A stretch of 54,090 nt of DNA from Candidatus Parvarchaeota archaeon (GCA_017609105.1 JAFCEQ010000002.1:1-54090); one strand, 5' to 3'; counted from the stretch's first letter, positions 38,767 through 49,217 are shown. Program-made: numbers and translations. The notes: generated from the letters alone by a model not told the origin.

Positions 38767-40764
38767 GCTTTTCAGCATGCTCACACCAGATTTCTTGTAA
38801 ATTTCATAAATGGTGTCTGCTGCTTCTTTTAATTCAGGAACATGAGTTACTATAATCATTTGTGGAATGCTTTGAATATTCCTGAGTGCTTTTGGAAGAG
38901 CTTTAACATCTTCTCTGTCAAAACCAACTGTTGGTTCGTCTAAAATAATAACTTCTGGTTTAGTAATCCCGCCTATTTTTGCAGCAATATCCGCTAATGC
39001 TAACCTGTACGCAAGCGCCACGCTTGTTCTTTCTCCCCCGCTTAAATTATTTATGCTTACTTCTTCACCGTCTCTCGTATAACACACGGGTTCATAATTG
39101 TTTTTTATGTCTACTGAATATTCTTCTTCTTGTTTTCTTATTTCTTCAAACTTTTCAGCAAACTCTTGTTTTAAGTCAACTAAAAATTTTCTTCTTATTA
39201 TTTCACTTATGCTTCGTATGTCTGTCCTGAGTTTATTAAGTAATTTTACTATGTTTTCTAATTTTATTGCTTTGTTTTTTTCTTCAATTAAATTTTTTAA
39301 TTCTCTTTCAAGTTTTACGTATTCTTCTTTTGATTCTACTCTTAGTTTTGTGTTGAATATGATTTTTTCTTCTAATGAAGTGCATTCATTTGCAAGAAGA
39401 ATTTCTTTTTTTTCAAGTTCTTCAATTTCATTTTTTTTGTCTTCAACATTCTTGCTTTCTTCTTGAAATCTTTTAATTTTTTCTTCAATTTCTTCTTTTT
39501 TTGATAAAAAATTTTTTATTTCTTCTTTTTGCGATGAAATAACTTTTTCTAAACCAAGAACTTCTGCTTTATATTTATCAACTTCTTGCGCTAATTTTAT
39601 TTTTGGCAAATAACTATTATAACTTAGTTTTAAGTCTCCTAAAATGTTTTCATTGTCATGAATTTTGTTTTCAATGTTTGTTTTAATATTTGTTAAGTGT
39701 GCTGAGGATATTTCTTGTTCGCAAAGAGGGCAAACAGCGTTTCCTCTTAATTTTTTTATTTTCTCAAGTTCTTTATCATATTTTTCAAGCTCTTTTTTAA
39801 TGCTTTCCATCTTTCCTTCTATGCGAGATTTTTGAATTTGAAGTTCTTCAAGATTCTCTCCTTTCCCTACTTCTTCAATTTTTTTTGTTAATTCTTCTTT
39901 TTTCTTTTCATTTTCTTTAATACTCTTTTTTAAGTTCTCAATGTTTGCTAAAACATTATTATAAACTCCTTTTAAATTATGGAGTTCGTTGCTCATGCGA
40001 ATAGCTTCATTAAATTCTTCTTTCAGTTTTTTTCTTTTTTCTTTTATTCTTATTAACATTTCTTTTTTTTCTTCAAGTGTTTTTTTGTTTTCATTAATTT
40101 TTTCTTCAAGTATTAGTATTTTTTTTCTTATTTCATTAATTTTTTCTTCAACATCTCCTAAGTACTCGCTTTTTGTTTGGCTTGCAATTCTTTTTTTGTC
40201 AAAAGAATTAATGATTGCTCTTAAGTTTTCATAAGTGTTCTCATACTTGCTTAATTGAAGTATTCTATCAATATGTTTTTCTCTTTCTTTATCCGTGAGT
40301 TCTATTAATTTTCTTATTTCATCTTGTTTTGTGTAATTAATGATTTCAAAAAATTCAACAGGTTTCTTTAATTCTTTAGGATAATTCAGTATTTCTAAAA
40401 TTTTATTATCAATATCATTTGTTCTTGATAGGATTGGAACTTGTTTTCCATTAATAAAAAGAGCAAGATTGTTCGCGTCCACAATTATGCTGTCCTTAAT
40501 TCTTTTAATCCCTCTTATGATTTTTATTTTTTTATTGTCTTTTGTTAATTCAAGAATAACTTTTCCATTGTTTTTTTTTCTGCGTAAAAGAGAATTATTA
40601 TTCTTTATTGCTTTGCTTCCGAAAAGAGCGTAAGCAATTCCCATGAAAATGCTTGATTTACCGCTTCCTGTTCTTCCTGATATCACTGTTATGCCTTTAT
40701 CAAAATCTATTTTCGTGTTTTCATGAGAGCGTATGTTTTCTAAAGTTATTGAATTAATAATCAT
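38761..40764 (-). CDS. rad50: DNA repair ATPase Rad50 (short)
   Basis: NIRSH, GRTGSGKSS, zinc hook CPLC, LSGGE, LDEPT, VTH. Confidence 0.94.
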   Translation of the reverse strand: MIINSITLENIRSHENTKIDFDKGITVISGRTGSGKSSIFMGIAYALFGSKAIKNNNSLLRRKKNNGKVILELTKDNKKIKIIRGIKRIKDSIIVDANNLALFINGKQVPILSRTNDIDNKILEILNYPKELKKPVEFFEIINYTKQDEIRKLIELTDKEREKHIDRILQLSKYENTYENLRAIINSFDKKRIASQTKSEYLGDVEEKINEIRKKILILEEKINENKKTLEEKKEMLIRIKEKRKKLKEEFNEAIRMSNELHNLKGVYNNVLANIENLKKSIKENEKKKEELTKKIEEVGKGENLEELQIQKSRIEGKMESIKKELEKYDKELEKIKKLRGNAVCPLCEQEISSAHLTNIKTNIENKIHDNENILGDLKLSYNSYLPKIKLAQEVDKYKAEVLGLEKVISSQKEEIKNFLSKKEEIEEKIKRFQEESKNVEDKKNEIEELEKKEILLANECTSLEEKIIFNTKLRVESKEEYVKLERELKNLIEEKNKAIKLENIVKLLNKLRTDIRSISEIIRRKFLVDLKQEFAEKFEEIRKQEEEYSVDIKNNYEPVCYTRDGEEVSINNLSGGERTSVALAYRLALADIAAKIGGITKPEVIILDEPTVGFDREDVKALPKALRNIQSIPQMIIVTHVPELKEAADTIYEIYKKSGVSMLKSL

Positions 40765-41996
40765 TATTTTTCTCCCTCCAATTTCTTGTTTAAACCTTTT
40801 ATTTCACTGCTTAATAATGTTTTATCAATTAAGTTTATGCACTCTTCTTGGCTTAAGCTTAATTCATTTTGGGATTGTTCTTTTCCTAATAAACGTATTA
40901 ATTCTTGAGCTAGTTTTATTGTGATTTCATCATATTTTTGTTTTTTTAAGTAATCATATTCTATTTCTCTTATTGTCTTATCTTTTATTTCTTGGTATTC
41001 TTCTCCTGCTTCATCAGAGAGTTCTGAGAGCATGGTTTTGCAATGAAGGAATCCGTTAATCTCGCTTTCTTTTAAAATCCTGTTAAAATTAATTTGAGTT
41101 TTTAATCCTTTTAATTTTCCTTTTATTTTTAAAATAAGTAATGAATCTCTTCCATGTTTTGGAATTTCTTTAAGTATTTTATTTGTTGCTTCTATTGGTG
41201 TTAAATTATTAACATTTATTTCTTTGAACACAATTTCTCTTGCAGTTAGTTTAATCCATTTAATTTTTAATTTTTCATTTTTGTTTTCAGGAATTTCAAT
41301 TAAGAACATTCCTTTTTCATTGCTTTTAATCATGTCTAATGAATCAGTGTATTCAGTGCTTCCAGGATATACAACTGGTTTCTTATTGTATTCGTAAATG
41401 TTTTTTCTATGCCAATGCCCTCCAGCATAGTAATCAAAACCTTTTGGCAAAGAACTCATGGGTAAGTCAGCAAAAGAGTTTGCTTCTTCCACATTACTTA
41501 TTATGTGATGGAAAAGGAAAATTGAGAAAACATTTTGCGGCTTATTTGGTTCAAGAAGAGAATATTTTTCTTTTATATTTCCTTTAAACCCTGGAACCCC
41601 GCAGATAAAAGCGTTTTTAATTGTTTCCCCATTTAATATTGCTTTTTCTCCTCTTTGAATTAAATACTTTGGATTTGATAAATTAATTATAAGTCCTATT
41701 TTTTCAAGAAGACTTAAAGGAGTTTCATGAATGTAAATATCATGGCTTCCAGCGATTGTTAGAAAAGGTATTTCTTTTTCTTTTAATTTTTTTAATTGTT
41801 CAATAACGAATATTAAGTCCTTGAAGCTCGGTCTTCCAGTATCAAACAAGTCCCCGCTATGTATTATGAAATCAACTCCTTCACTAATGCTAATATCTAT
41901 TGCTTCTTCAAACACTCTTAAGAAATCTTTATGCCTTTGTTCAAGCTTGAAATTGCTCGCGCCAATATGCGTGTCGCTTAAATGAATGAATTTCAT
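40764..41996 (-). CDS. mre11: DNA repair nuclease Mre11
   Basis: SDTHIG, SGDLFD, AGSHD, FHH, GHWH, YPGS. Confidence 0.94.
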   Translation of the reverse strand: MKFIHLSDTHIGASNFKLEQRHKDFLRVFEEAIDISISEGVDFIIHSGDLFDTGRPSFKDLIFVIEQLKKLKEKEIPFLTIAGSHDIYIHETPLSLLEKIGLIINLSNPKYLIQRGEKAILNGETIKNAFICGVPGFKGNIKEKYSLLEPNKPQNVFSIFLFHHIISNVEEANSFADLPMSSLPKGFDYYAGGHWHRKNIYEYNKKPVVYPGSTEYTDSLDMIKSNEKGMFLIEIPENKNEKLKIKWIKLTAREIVFKEINVNNLTPIEATNKILKEIPKHGRDSLLILKIKGKLKGLKTQINFNRILKESEINGFLHCKTMLSELSDEAGEEYQEIKDKTIREIEYDYLKKQKYDEITIKLAQELIRLLGKEQSQNELSLSQEECINLIDKTLLSSEIKGLNKKLEGEK

Positions 41997-42057
41997 AAAT
42001 AAAGTTAATTAGACAAGATTATAAAAACATTTATGAAGAAAACTGCAGATTTTTTTT

Positions 42058-43602
42058 TTAACCAAATCCGAAAATCATTGTTTTCTCTTTTCTTGATTTT
42101 TTGATTAAATCATTGAAATAATGTATTTTTACTGGTAATGGGAATTCTAAGAAAGGACTTGTTATTAATGCTTCTCCCCTATCAAGCATTTGGATTTCCA
42201 CGCTTTCATCGCTTATGTTCTGAGTGCTGCTATTAATCACTGCTTCCCTGTCTGATGGTGCAGGCAATCCAAGAATTACTTTAGTGTTCATTTGAGAAAG
42301 AATTTCTTTTGGCAATAATGAAGGCATTTGAGTTATGGCGCACACGCCTACTTTGAATTTCCTTCCTTCTCTTGTTATTCTTTCAAAAATATTTGTTCCC
42401 TTAGCTAATGCATCAATTCCTAAAACCCTTGGTGCTTCCTCAAAAACAATTAAGAGTTCAGGGAGAGTGTTAAACCTTTTAGGATTCGCTTGTTTTTCTT
42501 TTCTGTAATAATTAAAAATTCTTGTTGTAATACTGCTTGAGATTATTTTTTCTGCTTCATCACCTACAAGATTAGTGTCAATGATTATAATATTTCCTTC
42601 GCAAACTGCTTTTTGAATTTTTGAGAAAATGCTTGTTCCTTCTCTTTTTTTCAAAGAAAAAACAATGCCTTCTCCATCATTTAATTCTAATGAATTATTA
42701 AGTTTTCTTTTAAGAGTAAAAATAGTGCTTCGCATAACTCTTCCTTCTGACATTTTTTCTAAGCTTTGAATATCCATTTTAAGCATGTTTGAAAGCCATT
42801 CTTCTTTAAATTTTCTGTAAAATAATTGCATGGCTTCTTTTTGCGCTCCGCTTAAATCAACTATGCCAAAAAAATCGTTCGGTTCTAAATCTTGAGCATG
42901 AATTCTTAATTCTTCTGATTCAGGGTATTCAGTGAATCTTGGTGTAAAGAATCTTAAGTTTTTTCTGTTAGGATGATGACTTAATCCAATTATTCCTCTT
43001 CCGCCATAATACTCTCCGTGAGGGTCTATAATAATTGAACTAACTTCCGGGATTTCCATTAATCCTTTTATAAAAACTTTGGCGAAATTGCTTTTCCCTC
43101 TTCCTGTTGCAGCAACAACAAGCATGTGATGACTTACTAATTCATTGCTCGGAAGCTTAACTTTAATATTTTCTAAACTCTTCATTCCTAATCTTAAATT
43201 ACCTATCTCAACTCCTTTGTTTTCTTTAAGAAATTCAAAATCTTTTTCCTTTACTCTTCTCACTTTGCTGAAATGTTTCGGCAGATTTCTTGGTGGGTGG
43301 AAACCAAGTGTTTGGATTTTAAGAATTTTTCCGCACCCAATTTTGTAAAACCTGTCTTTTTCATCAAAAAGCATTGAATCTTCTTCATATTCTAAATTAT
43401 TGCCTGCTATTTCTTCAATGAATTGGTTTTCTAATTGGCTTGATATGTTTAAGTCAATTATTTTAATGTAGTATTTAGCATTTTTTTCTTCGCATATAAG
43501 AATGTCTCCAACATCAACTTCAGAATTATTTTTTATTCTTATGAAAATCTTGCTTACGTTTCCACTAATTATTTGTCCAACCACATTATTCTCTGCGTTC
43601 AT
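42058..43602 (-). CDS. herA: Bipolar helicase/translocase HerA
   Basis: N-terminal HAS barrel, ATGRGKS, DPHGEY, FEEA, REGRKF, ITQ.P. Confidence 0.92.
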   Translation of the reverse strand: MNAENNVVGQIISGNVSKIFIRIKNNSEVDVGDILICEEKNAKYYIKIIDLNISSQLENQFIEEIAGNNLEYEEDSMLFDEKDRFYKIGCGKILKIQTLGFHPPRNLPKHFSKVRRVKEKDFEFLKENKGVEIGNLRLGMKSLENIKVKLPSNELVSHHMLVVAATGRGKSNFAKVFIKGLMEIPEVSSIIIDPHGEYYGGRGIIGLSHHPNRKNLRFFTPRFTEYPESEELRIHAQDLEPNDFFGIVDLSGAQKEAMQLFYRKFKEEWLSNMLKMDIQSLEKMSEGRVMRSTIFTLKRKLNNSLELNDGEGIVFSLKKREGTSIFSKIQKAVCEGNIIIIDTNLVGDEAEKIISSSITTRIFNYYRKEKQANPKRFNTLPELLIVFEEAPRVLGIDALAKGTNIFERITREGRKFKVGVCAITQMPSLLPKEILSQMNTKVILGLPAPSDREAVINSSTQNISDESVEIQMLDRGEALITSPFLEFPLPVKIHYFNDLIKKSRKEKTMIFGFG

Positions 43603-43624
43603 AAGAATGACATATTATTTTATC

Positions 43625-43730
43625 TTTAAAAGAATTATTGATAATAAATTATTCATTTCACTAAAAAAAATAAACTTATTTAAAAATAAACTTATTTATG
43701 AAGTGCTTTGTTGTGAATAGTTCCTTTAAA
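43625..43730. repeat. AT-rich inverted repeat enclosing a 16-bp tandem repeat between nurA and herA
   Basis: 43625-43639 vs reverse complement of 43716-43730 match 13/15; AAAAATAAACTTATTT twice at 43666-43697. Confidence 0.5.
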
Positions 43731-43743
43731 AAATAATTTTTTT

Positions 43744-44664
43744 TTATTTGTACGCGATTTCATCAAGTTTTTTGTGCAAGTCCTGGCTTAACAAGTCTTG
43801 TTCAACTTCTTTTAAACCCATTTTTTTTAAAAAAAGAATTGTTCTATTTTTTTCACTTTTCGCTTCTCTCCTGCTTATTCTTGCTGTTAAATCTGCTTTT
43901 AAAAGAGGATAAGGGTATCCTAAAATACTCTTATCTCTTGAGTAAAAACATAAGATTTCTGAAATATTTTTTAAATCCCCAAAGTATTGTATTCTAAAAA
44001 CCCTGTTTGAATTCTCATTTAATTTTACTAATGCTTCGTTCTCATTCAAAGCATAAACCCATTTTTTTAATCCTAATTCATCTCCAGTGTTTTTAACAAT
44101 GCTTAAATAATTTCTCCCGTTTTTTAACATTCTTGTTGTTTTAGCAAAACCCACAAGATTTATTTTATTTTTTTGAGCGATTTCAATCATTTTTTTAACG
44201 ATTTTCTTGTTTTCTTCTAATTCGCACGCGAGCAAGCCATCAATTAATAAGGTTTCACCGTTTTTCATTTCTTTCAATTTTTTTAATCCTGTTTTTAATT
44301 CTAAATACTTTCTTACATACCCAATTATTTCTTCAAATTTTATTTTTTTAAAATCAAATTCAGGAAGATTTAATTCTTCTGCTATAACTGTTTTCTTATT
44401 ATTTCTTAAACCTTCATTATGCACTAACACTATTGTTTCTGTTTCTTTTTTATTGTAAATTTTTTTTCCATTATCATAAGTCACGCAAGAAATTCTTATC
44501 TTGCTTAAATACCATGTTCCGCCATCCATTATTAAACAATTCCCGCCGTCAATAGCGTATAATTTATCACTTCTTTTTTTCTCAATTTTTTTGAAATTAT
44601 TTTTTATTCTTATCTTATTTCTTGTTTTTGATTTTAAGATTTCAATTATTTTATTAAAAATCAT
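43744..44664 (-). CDS. nurA: NurA nuclease
   Basis: YAIDGG, LLIDG, GFAK, GYPYPL; synteny with herA-mre11-rad50. Confidence 0.85.
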   Translation of the reverse strand: MIFNKIIEILKSKTRNKIRIKNNFKKIEKKRSDKLYAIDGGNCLIMDGGTWYLSKIRISCVTYDNGKKIYNKKETETIVLVHNEGLRNNKKTVIAEELNLPEFDFKKIKFEEIIGYVRKYLELKTGLKKLKEMKNGETLLIDGLLACELEENKKIVKKMIEIAQKNKINLVGFAKTTRMLKNGRNYLSIVKNTGDELGLKKWVYALNENEALVKLNENSNRVFRIQYFGDLKNISEILCFYSRDKSILGYPYPLLKADLTARISRREAKSEKNRTILFLKKMGLKEVEQDLLSQDLHKKLDEIAYK

Positions 44665-45314
44665 CAGAATTCACCAAGATTTTTCTGCTCTTTTTCATTT
44701 AATAAATCATTATAAGTGCTCCAAGTATGCCTCAAATATTTTTTAATTTCAGGATTTCTTATTAATGGTTTAATATTCTCTCTCATTTTTTCATCATGAG
44801 GATAACCAACACCTAAGTTCACACCAATTTTTTTTTCAATTTCTTTCAGAATTCTATCTCTTTCAGTTTTTGCAAGAATGCTCGCAGCACTTACGATAGG
44901 ATAATTCATGTCTGCTTTGAATTCTGCAATAATTTCGCATTCATGCTCTAATCTTGCTTTAACATTATTCACAAATTTTTTTGTTCCAGAAGGACTATCT
45001 AATATGACTTTATCAGGTTTTAATTTGTTTATTATTTCAGCAATTTTCATTGCTTCCAACAAATTTAAATTAATTCCTGAGTAATTCATTTTATCAATTT
45101 CATAAGCACTTATGTTGATTGTATGAAAATCTCTTGCAACTTCTTTAATTTTTTCTTTTAATTCTTCTCTTTTTTTAGCACTTAATTGTTTGCTATCCTT
45201 GCACCCTATTTTTTTAAGAATATTTTCTTTTTCTTCCTCAATTAAAACCCCGCTTATTACTAAGTCCCCAATAAAACTTCCTCTTCCAGCTTCATCAATG
45301 CCTAAGACTAACAT
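44664..45314 (-). CDS. rnhB: Ribonuclease HII
   Basis: GIDEAGRG, DSKQL, KAD..Y.IVSAASILAK, GYP. Confidence 0.96.
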   Translation of the reverse strand: MLVLGIDEAGRGSFIGDLVISGVLIEEEKENILKKIGCKDSKQLSAKKREELKEKIKEVARDFHTINISAYEIDKMNYSGINLNLLEAMKIAEIINKLKPDKVILDSPSGTKKFVNNVKARLEHECEIIAEFKADMNYPIVSAASILAKTERDRILKEIEKKIGVNLGVGYPHDEKMRENIKPLIRNPEIKKYLRHTWSTYNDLLNEKEQKNLGEF

Positions 45315-45445
45315 AAAAGATTAAAGAAAATCAATGAAATAAAAGCTTAATTGTTATCTTATTTATTTTATCTTATTTATTATTAATAAGCATTTTTTTG
45401 TAATTATGAACCTTTTTAAATATTGTTTTTCTTTTGAGTTATGTT

Positions 45446-46057
45446 ATGAGAGCAATAAACGAGTTTTTAGATTACAAAACATATGAACTTCCTTTTGGGT
45501 TTAAGACAAGCAATGTTGAGTTAAAAGAATTGTTTAAAGCATGGCTTGTTATTAGTTTAATTTTCACTATTGCAAGCACAGGGCTTTCATTTAATTCTAC
45601 TGCAATTATTTTTTTCTTAATCTCTGCTTTCACAGTGGGGATTGGTTTTTTGATTCATGAATTAAGTCATAAGATTATGGCGCAAAATTTTGGAGCTTCT
45701 GCTGAATTCAGAGCAGATAATCAAATGCTTTCTTTAGCATTAATTATGAGTGTTTTCGGGTTTCTTTTCATAGCACCTGGAGCTGTTTTCATTATTGGCA
45801 GAGTGAATAAGAAGGAGAATGGAATAATTTCTTTAGCAGGACCTCTTTCTAATTTTGTATTAGCTTTAATCTTTCTTTTCTTTTATTTTTTTAAGAACTC
45901 TGTTTTTCTTGTTTATGGGTATAAAATTAATTCTTGGCTTGCATTATTTAATATGATTCCTTTTGGAAATTTTGATGGAAGAAAAATTCTTGATTGGAAC
46001 AAGGGTGTTTACGCTTTTTTTGCTTTTCTTTTTCTTCTCTTTACTTTTTTGTTTTAA
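45446..46057 (+). CDS. Site-2 (M50) intramembrane metalloprotease
   Basis: HELSH, AGPLSN, FNMIP...FDG; ATG at 45446. Confidence 0.92.
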   Translation: MRAINEFLDYKTYELPFGFKTSNVELKELFKAWLVISLIFTIASTGLSFNSTAIIFFLISAFTVGIGFLIHELSHKIMAQNFGASAEFRADNQMLSLALIMSVFGFLFIAPGAVFIIGRVNKKENGIISLAGPLSNFVLALIFLFFYFFKNSVFLVYGYKINSWLALFNMIPFGNFDGRKILDWNKGVYAFFAFLFLLFTFLF

Positions 46058-46124
46058 ATGAAATTCTTTTTAAGCAAAAATTTTTAGACAAAACTTTAAA
46101 TTTTTATTTTTTTATTAATAAAAC

Positions 46125-46421
46125 ATGCTTAAAGAATTATTTCTTGTGAGTTTAGGCACAATAATAGTGCTTGTTGCTTTTTTCTTTACTGTTTATTTTA
46201 AAGAATTTCCAAGAATTAAGAGAAGAATTAAGACAAAAAGGGATAAAATAAATTCAGCAAGGTTCTCAGGATTAATAGTGCTTCTTCTTGGTTTAAGCGG
46301 AGTGTTCGTTTTCACTCTTGTTGGAAAAAACCCGGAAATGCCTTTTTATAGTATTGTTCCTGCAATTATAGGATTAGTTTTTATTCTTGTTTCGTATTTA
46401 ATAAAAGAAAATCAAGTTTAA
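46125..46421 (+). CDS. Small 3-TM membrane protein
   Basis: Three hydrophobic segments with a basic loop. Confidence 0.7.
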   Translation: MLKELFLVSLGTIIVLVAFFFTVYFKEFPRIKRRIKTKRDKINSARFSGLIVLLLGLSGVFVFTLVGKNPEMPFYSIVPAIIGLVFILVSYLIKENQV

Positions 46422-46436
46422 GAAGGGGTTTTTAAT

Positions 46437-46685
46437 TCAGAATTTTTCATGCCCGAAATGAATTATTAAATCATACTTAATGTTTTTTGGCAGAACAGGC
46501 AAGTCGCAAGCACCAAAACAGCTACCGCCCCACACATCAATTCGTGCATTAGTTTTTTCACTTAAGTAATCAAGTATTTCAACACTCTTGTTTTTAAGCC
46601 CGTCAGGAAGTTGAATTAATACTTTTTTTGCTTTCATTTCATTAATTTTTTTAACAATCTTATCTAATTCAAAATCAAATTCCAT
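46437..46685 (-). CDS. Stand-alone N-terminal domain of diphthamide synthesis protein Dph2
   Basis: KKVLIQLPDGLK, SCFGACD, DLIIHFGH, then stop at 82 aa. Confidence 0.85.
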   Translation of the reverse strand: MEFDFELDKIVKKINEMKAKKVLIQLPDGLKNKSVEILDYLSEKTNARIDVWGGSCFGACDLPVLPKNIKYDLIIHFGHEKF

Positions 46686-46783
46686 GATTAATAAAATAAT
46701 TAAATCTTTTTAATTTCTTTTGTTTTTAAATTAAAAAAAATTAATCTAATCATTTATTAAGGCACTTTTCTTAAAAAAAAATT

Positions 46784-47776
46784 ATGGAGCTCATGATTGG
46801 TAAAATAAAAACTTCAAAAGAACTTCTTGATATAGTGCTTCCATCTATTGAAAAATCTCTTAGAATAAGAATTCAAAAAATGAAGAAAAAAAGGATTTCA
46901 TTTGAAAAAAGAGTAAAGGAATCAGAGGTACTAAGAATTCAAGAATTAACAAAAAAGATTAATGAAGAATTAATGAGGATAATTAAAGCGTTCCCAGACA
47001 TAAATGAATTGAACGATTTTTATAAGGAATTAATAGATTCCATGCTTTCCATTCATGAATTAAAAATTTCTTGGTCTAAAATAGTTTGGACAAAGAATAA
47101 AATAAAACAATTATCAAAACATTATTTAAAAAAAGTGAGTTCAGCAGAGAATGTTAAAGACATGATGAGGATAAGAAAGTCTTTTTATGGAAGGGTTTCT
47201 TCTCTTTTGAAAGAGCTTGATAATGATTTTGTTTTTCTTGAAAAAGCAAGAAAAGAATTTAAGAAACTTCCGTCAGTAAAGCAGATAAGAACTATTGTGC
47301 TCGCAGGATACCCTAATGTTGGCAAGACGTCCTTGCTTAAAGCATTAACAAGAAGCGAGCCAGAAATTAATTCTTATCCTTTCACTACTAAAGAAATAAA
47401 AGTAGGGTTTGTGAGAAAAAACAAGAAAAGAGTATTGCAAGTTATTGATACTCCTGGAATTCTTGACAGGCCTCTTGAGAAAAGAAACAAGATTGAACTC
47501 AAAGCAATACTTGCTTTAAGGCATCTTGCAGAAAAAATATTGTTTTTAATTGATCCAACGCTTTCCTGCGGTTATTCTCTTGAAGAACAATTAAATCTTT
47601 ATAAGAGTATAAAAAAAATTTTCAAAGAAAAAGAAATTTTTCTTGTGATTAATAAATCTGATTTAATTAAAGACAAGGATTCATTAAAGAATGCTTTAAA
47701 ACCTTTAAAAACTTATTTCATAAGTGCAAGAAAAGGAGAATTGAATGACATAAAACCTCTTTTAGATTTAGATTAA
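46784..47776 (+). CDS. Nog1-family GTPase
   Basis: N-terminal helical domain (FP....L..FY, FYGR.SS), GYPNVGKT, YPFTT, DTPG, NKSD. Confidence 0.93.
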   Translation: MELMIGKIKTSKELLDIVLPSIEKSLRIRIQKMKKKRISFEKRVKESEVLRIQELTKKINEELMRIIKAFPDINELNDFYKELIDSMLSIHELKISWSKIVWTKNKIKQLSKHYLKKVSSAENVKDMMRIRKSFYGRVSSLLKELDNDFVFLEKARKEFKKLPSVKQIRTIVLAGYPNVGKTSLLKALTRSEPEINSYPFTTKEIKVGFVRKNKKRVLQVIDTPGILDRPLEKRNKIELKAILALRHLAEKILFLIDPTLSCGYSLEEQLNLYKSIKKIFKEKEIFLVINKSDLIKDKDSLKNALKPLKTYFISARKGELNDIKPLLDLD

Positions 47777-47778
47777 AT

Positions 47779-48819
47779 TTAATCTTTTTTCAATAATTCT
47801 TTCATTCTTTCCTTAACTAAATACCAATCTTTTTCTAATACGTGCCCGCCGGCAGCTTTCACATGCCCGCCGGCAGCACTTTGTTGAAATCCTGCTACAA
47901 TTTCTTTTGCTAATTTGCTTAAATCCACTTTTCCGTCTGTTCTTCTTAAATGAAATTTTATTATATTTCCTTTGTTCTCATAAATTACAATTGTTTTATG
48001 CTTATACTTGCTTCCTAAAATGCTTGAAATCGGGGAACCTAAATTAAATTTAGAATGTATTTGGTAGAAGAAGATGTTTTTAAAAACTTCTTTTTCTTTT
48101 TTAAATAATTCAATTTGTTTCTCAATTTCTAAATCAACTTTTTTTGACCAATTCTTTAATACTTCGCTGTTTTTTTCAAATTCATTGATTGTCAAATTTT
48201 TTCTTAAAATTTTAAATGCTTTCATCGCGCCCTTAGCGCCATTATACACTCTCCCACTGCTAATGAGTTTATCAAATTCTCCGAATTTTGTTAAATAAAC
48301 ATCTTTGTTATAAGGCAGGTCATATTTTTTCAAAGTTTTTTTCACAAAATCCTTGTAAATATTAAAACCACTGTCACCAATTAATCCAACACAAGCAATC
48401 CAATCAAGATTTTCAACAAGTTTTGGAAATTCTTTATTAAGAACATCAAAAATGTATTTTGAAGCAGGATAATATTTTTCATTACCTTCAAGCAAAGGAT
48501 TAAAATGATAGCAGTTCTTCACTTTATTTAAGTTATTAGTTATTATGTGGTGATCCATTACAATAACTTTTTTTACAGAAGCAATTTCTTCAATACTTTC
48601 TATATTTGAATCAACGCTTAAATCAACAAAAATAGCAGTGTCAGAAGAACTTTTTTTTATTTTTTCAAGAGTTTGCTTGGAAAAACTCGGATTTATTGAC
48701 AAGAATAATTCTCCTTCTTTACCAATTCTTTCCAAAAAAGCGTTCATTAAAACTCCAGAACACACTCCATCAGTATCAATATGAAAAAGCAAGTCATAAC
48801 TTCCAATTCCTTCAAACAA
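47779..48819 (-). CDS. DHH/DHHA1 phosphoesterase (RecJ/GAN-like)
   Basis: HIDTDG, FVDL, MDHH, IGD, C-terminal GGHVKAAG; start uncertain. Confidence 0.88.
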   Translation of the reverse strand: MFEGIGSYDLLFHIDTDGVCSGVLMNAFLERIGKEGELFLSINPSFSKQTLEKIKKSSSDTAIFVDLSVDSNIESIEEIASVKKVIVMDHHIITNNLNKVKNCYHFNPLLEGNEKYYPASKYIFDVLNKEFPKLVENLDWIACVGLIGDSGFNIYKDFVKKTLKKYDLPYNKDVYLTKFGEFDKLISSGRVYNGAKGAMKAFKILRKNLTINEFEKNSEVLKNWSKKVDLEIEKQIELFKKEKEVFKNIFFYQIHSKFNLGSPISSILGSKYKHKTIVIYENKGNIIKFHLRRTDGKVDLSKLAKEIVAGFQQSAAGGHVKAAGGHVLEKDWYLVKERMKELLKKD

Positions 48820-48885
48820 ATTTTTTATTTTAATTTTACACCACCATAATATTTATAAACAAAGTAATACTTCATATTACTTGGT

Positions 48886-49188
48886 ATGATAAACGATTAC
48901 AAACTTTCGTTGGTTAATTTTGCTCTTGAACTTCGTAACATGTGTTTTAGGAATATTTTTTTTAATTTAAATCTTGTTAATGAACTTAATAATGATTTTA
49001 AGGATTTTATTGAACAATTATTGGAGTTTCCTTTAACTAAAGAGGATTATCAATTTGTTTCTCGTTCTTTGAAAGAATTAATTATTTATGCGGATAATGG
49101 AGGTGATGCCTTAGACATTTTTAATTATTGTAAGAATGTTCTTTTGAAAAAAAGAAATAATTTAAGAGTTCACCCATTAAGGTCTTAA
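48886..49188 (+). CDS. Hypothetical protein
   Basis: 100-aa ORF with upstream TATA (TTTATAAA) and downstream T tract. Confidence 0.65.
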   Translation: MINDYKLSLVNFALELRNMCFRNIFFNLNLVNELNNDFKDFIEQLLEFPLTKEDYQFVSRSLKELIIYADNGGDALDIFNYCKNVLLKKRNNLRVHPLRS

Positions 49189-49217
49189 TTTTTTTTTCTT
49201 TTTTTAATTTTTTTTCA

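Noticed and set aside
47843..47877. 14-bp direct repeat TGCCCGCCGGCAGC in the DHH gene (AAGGH twice)
   Set aside because: Largely explained by the DHHA1 GGH..AAG motif plus local homogenisation; no separate function evident
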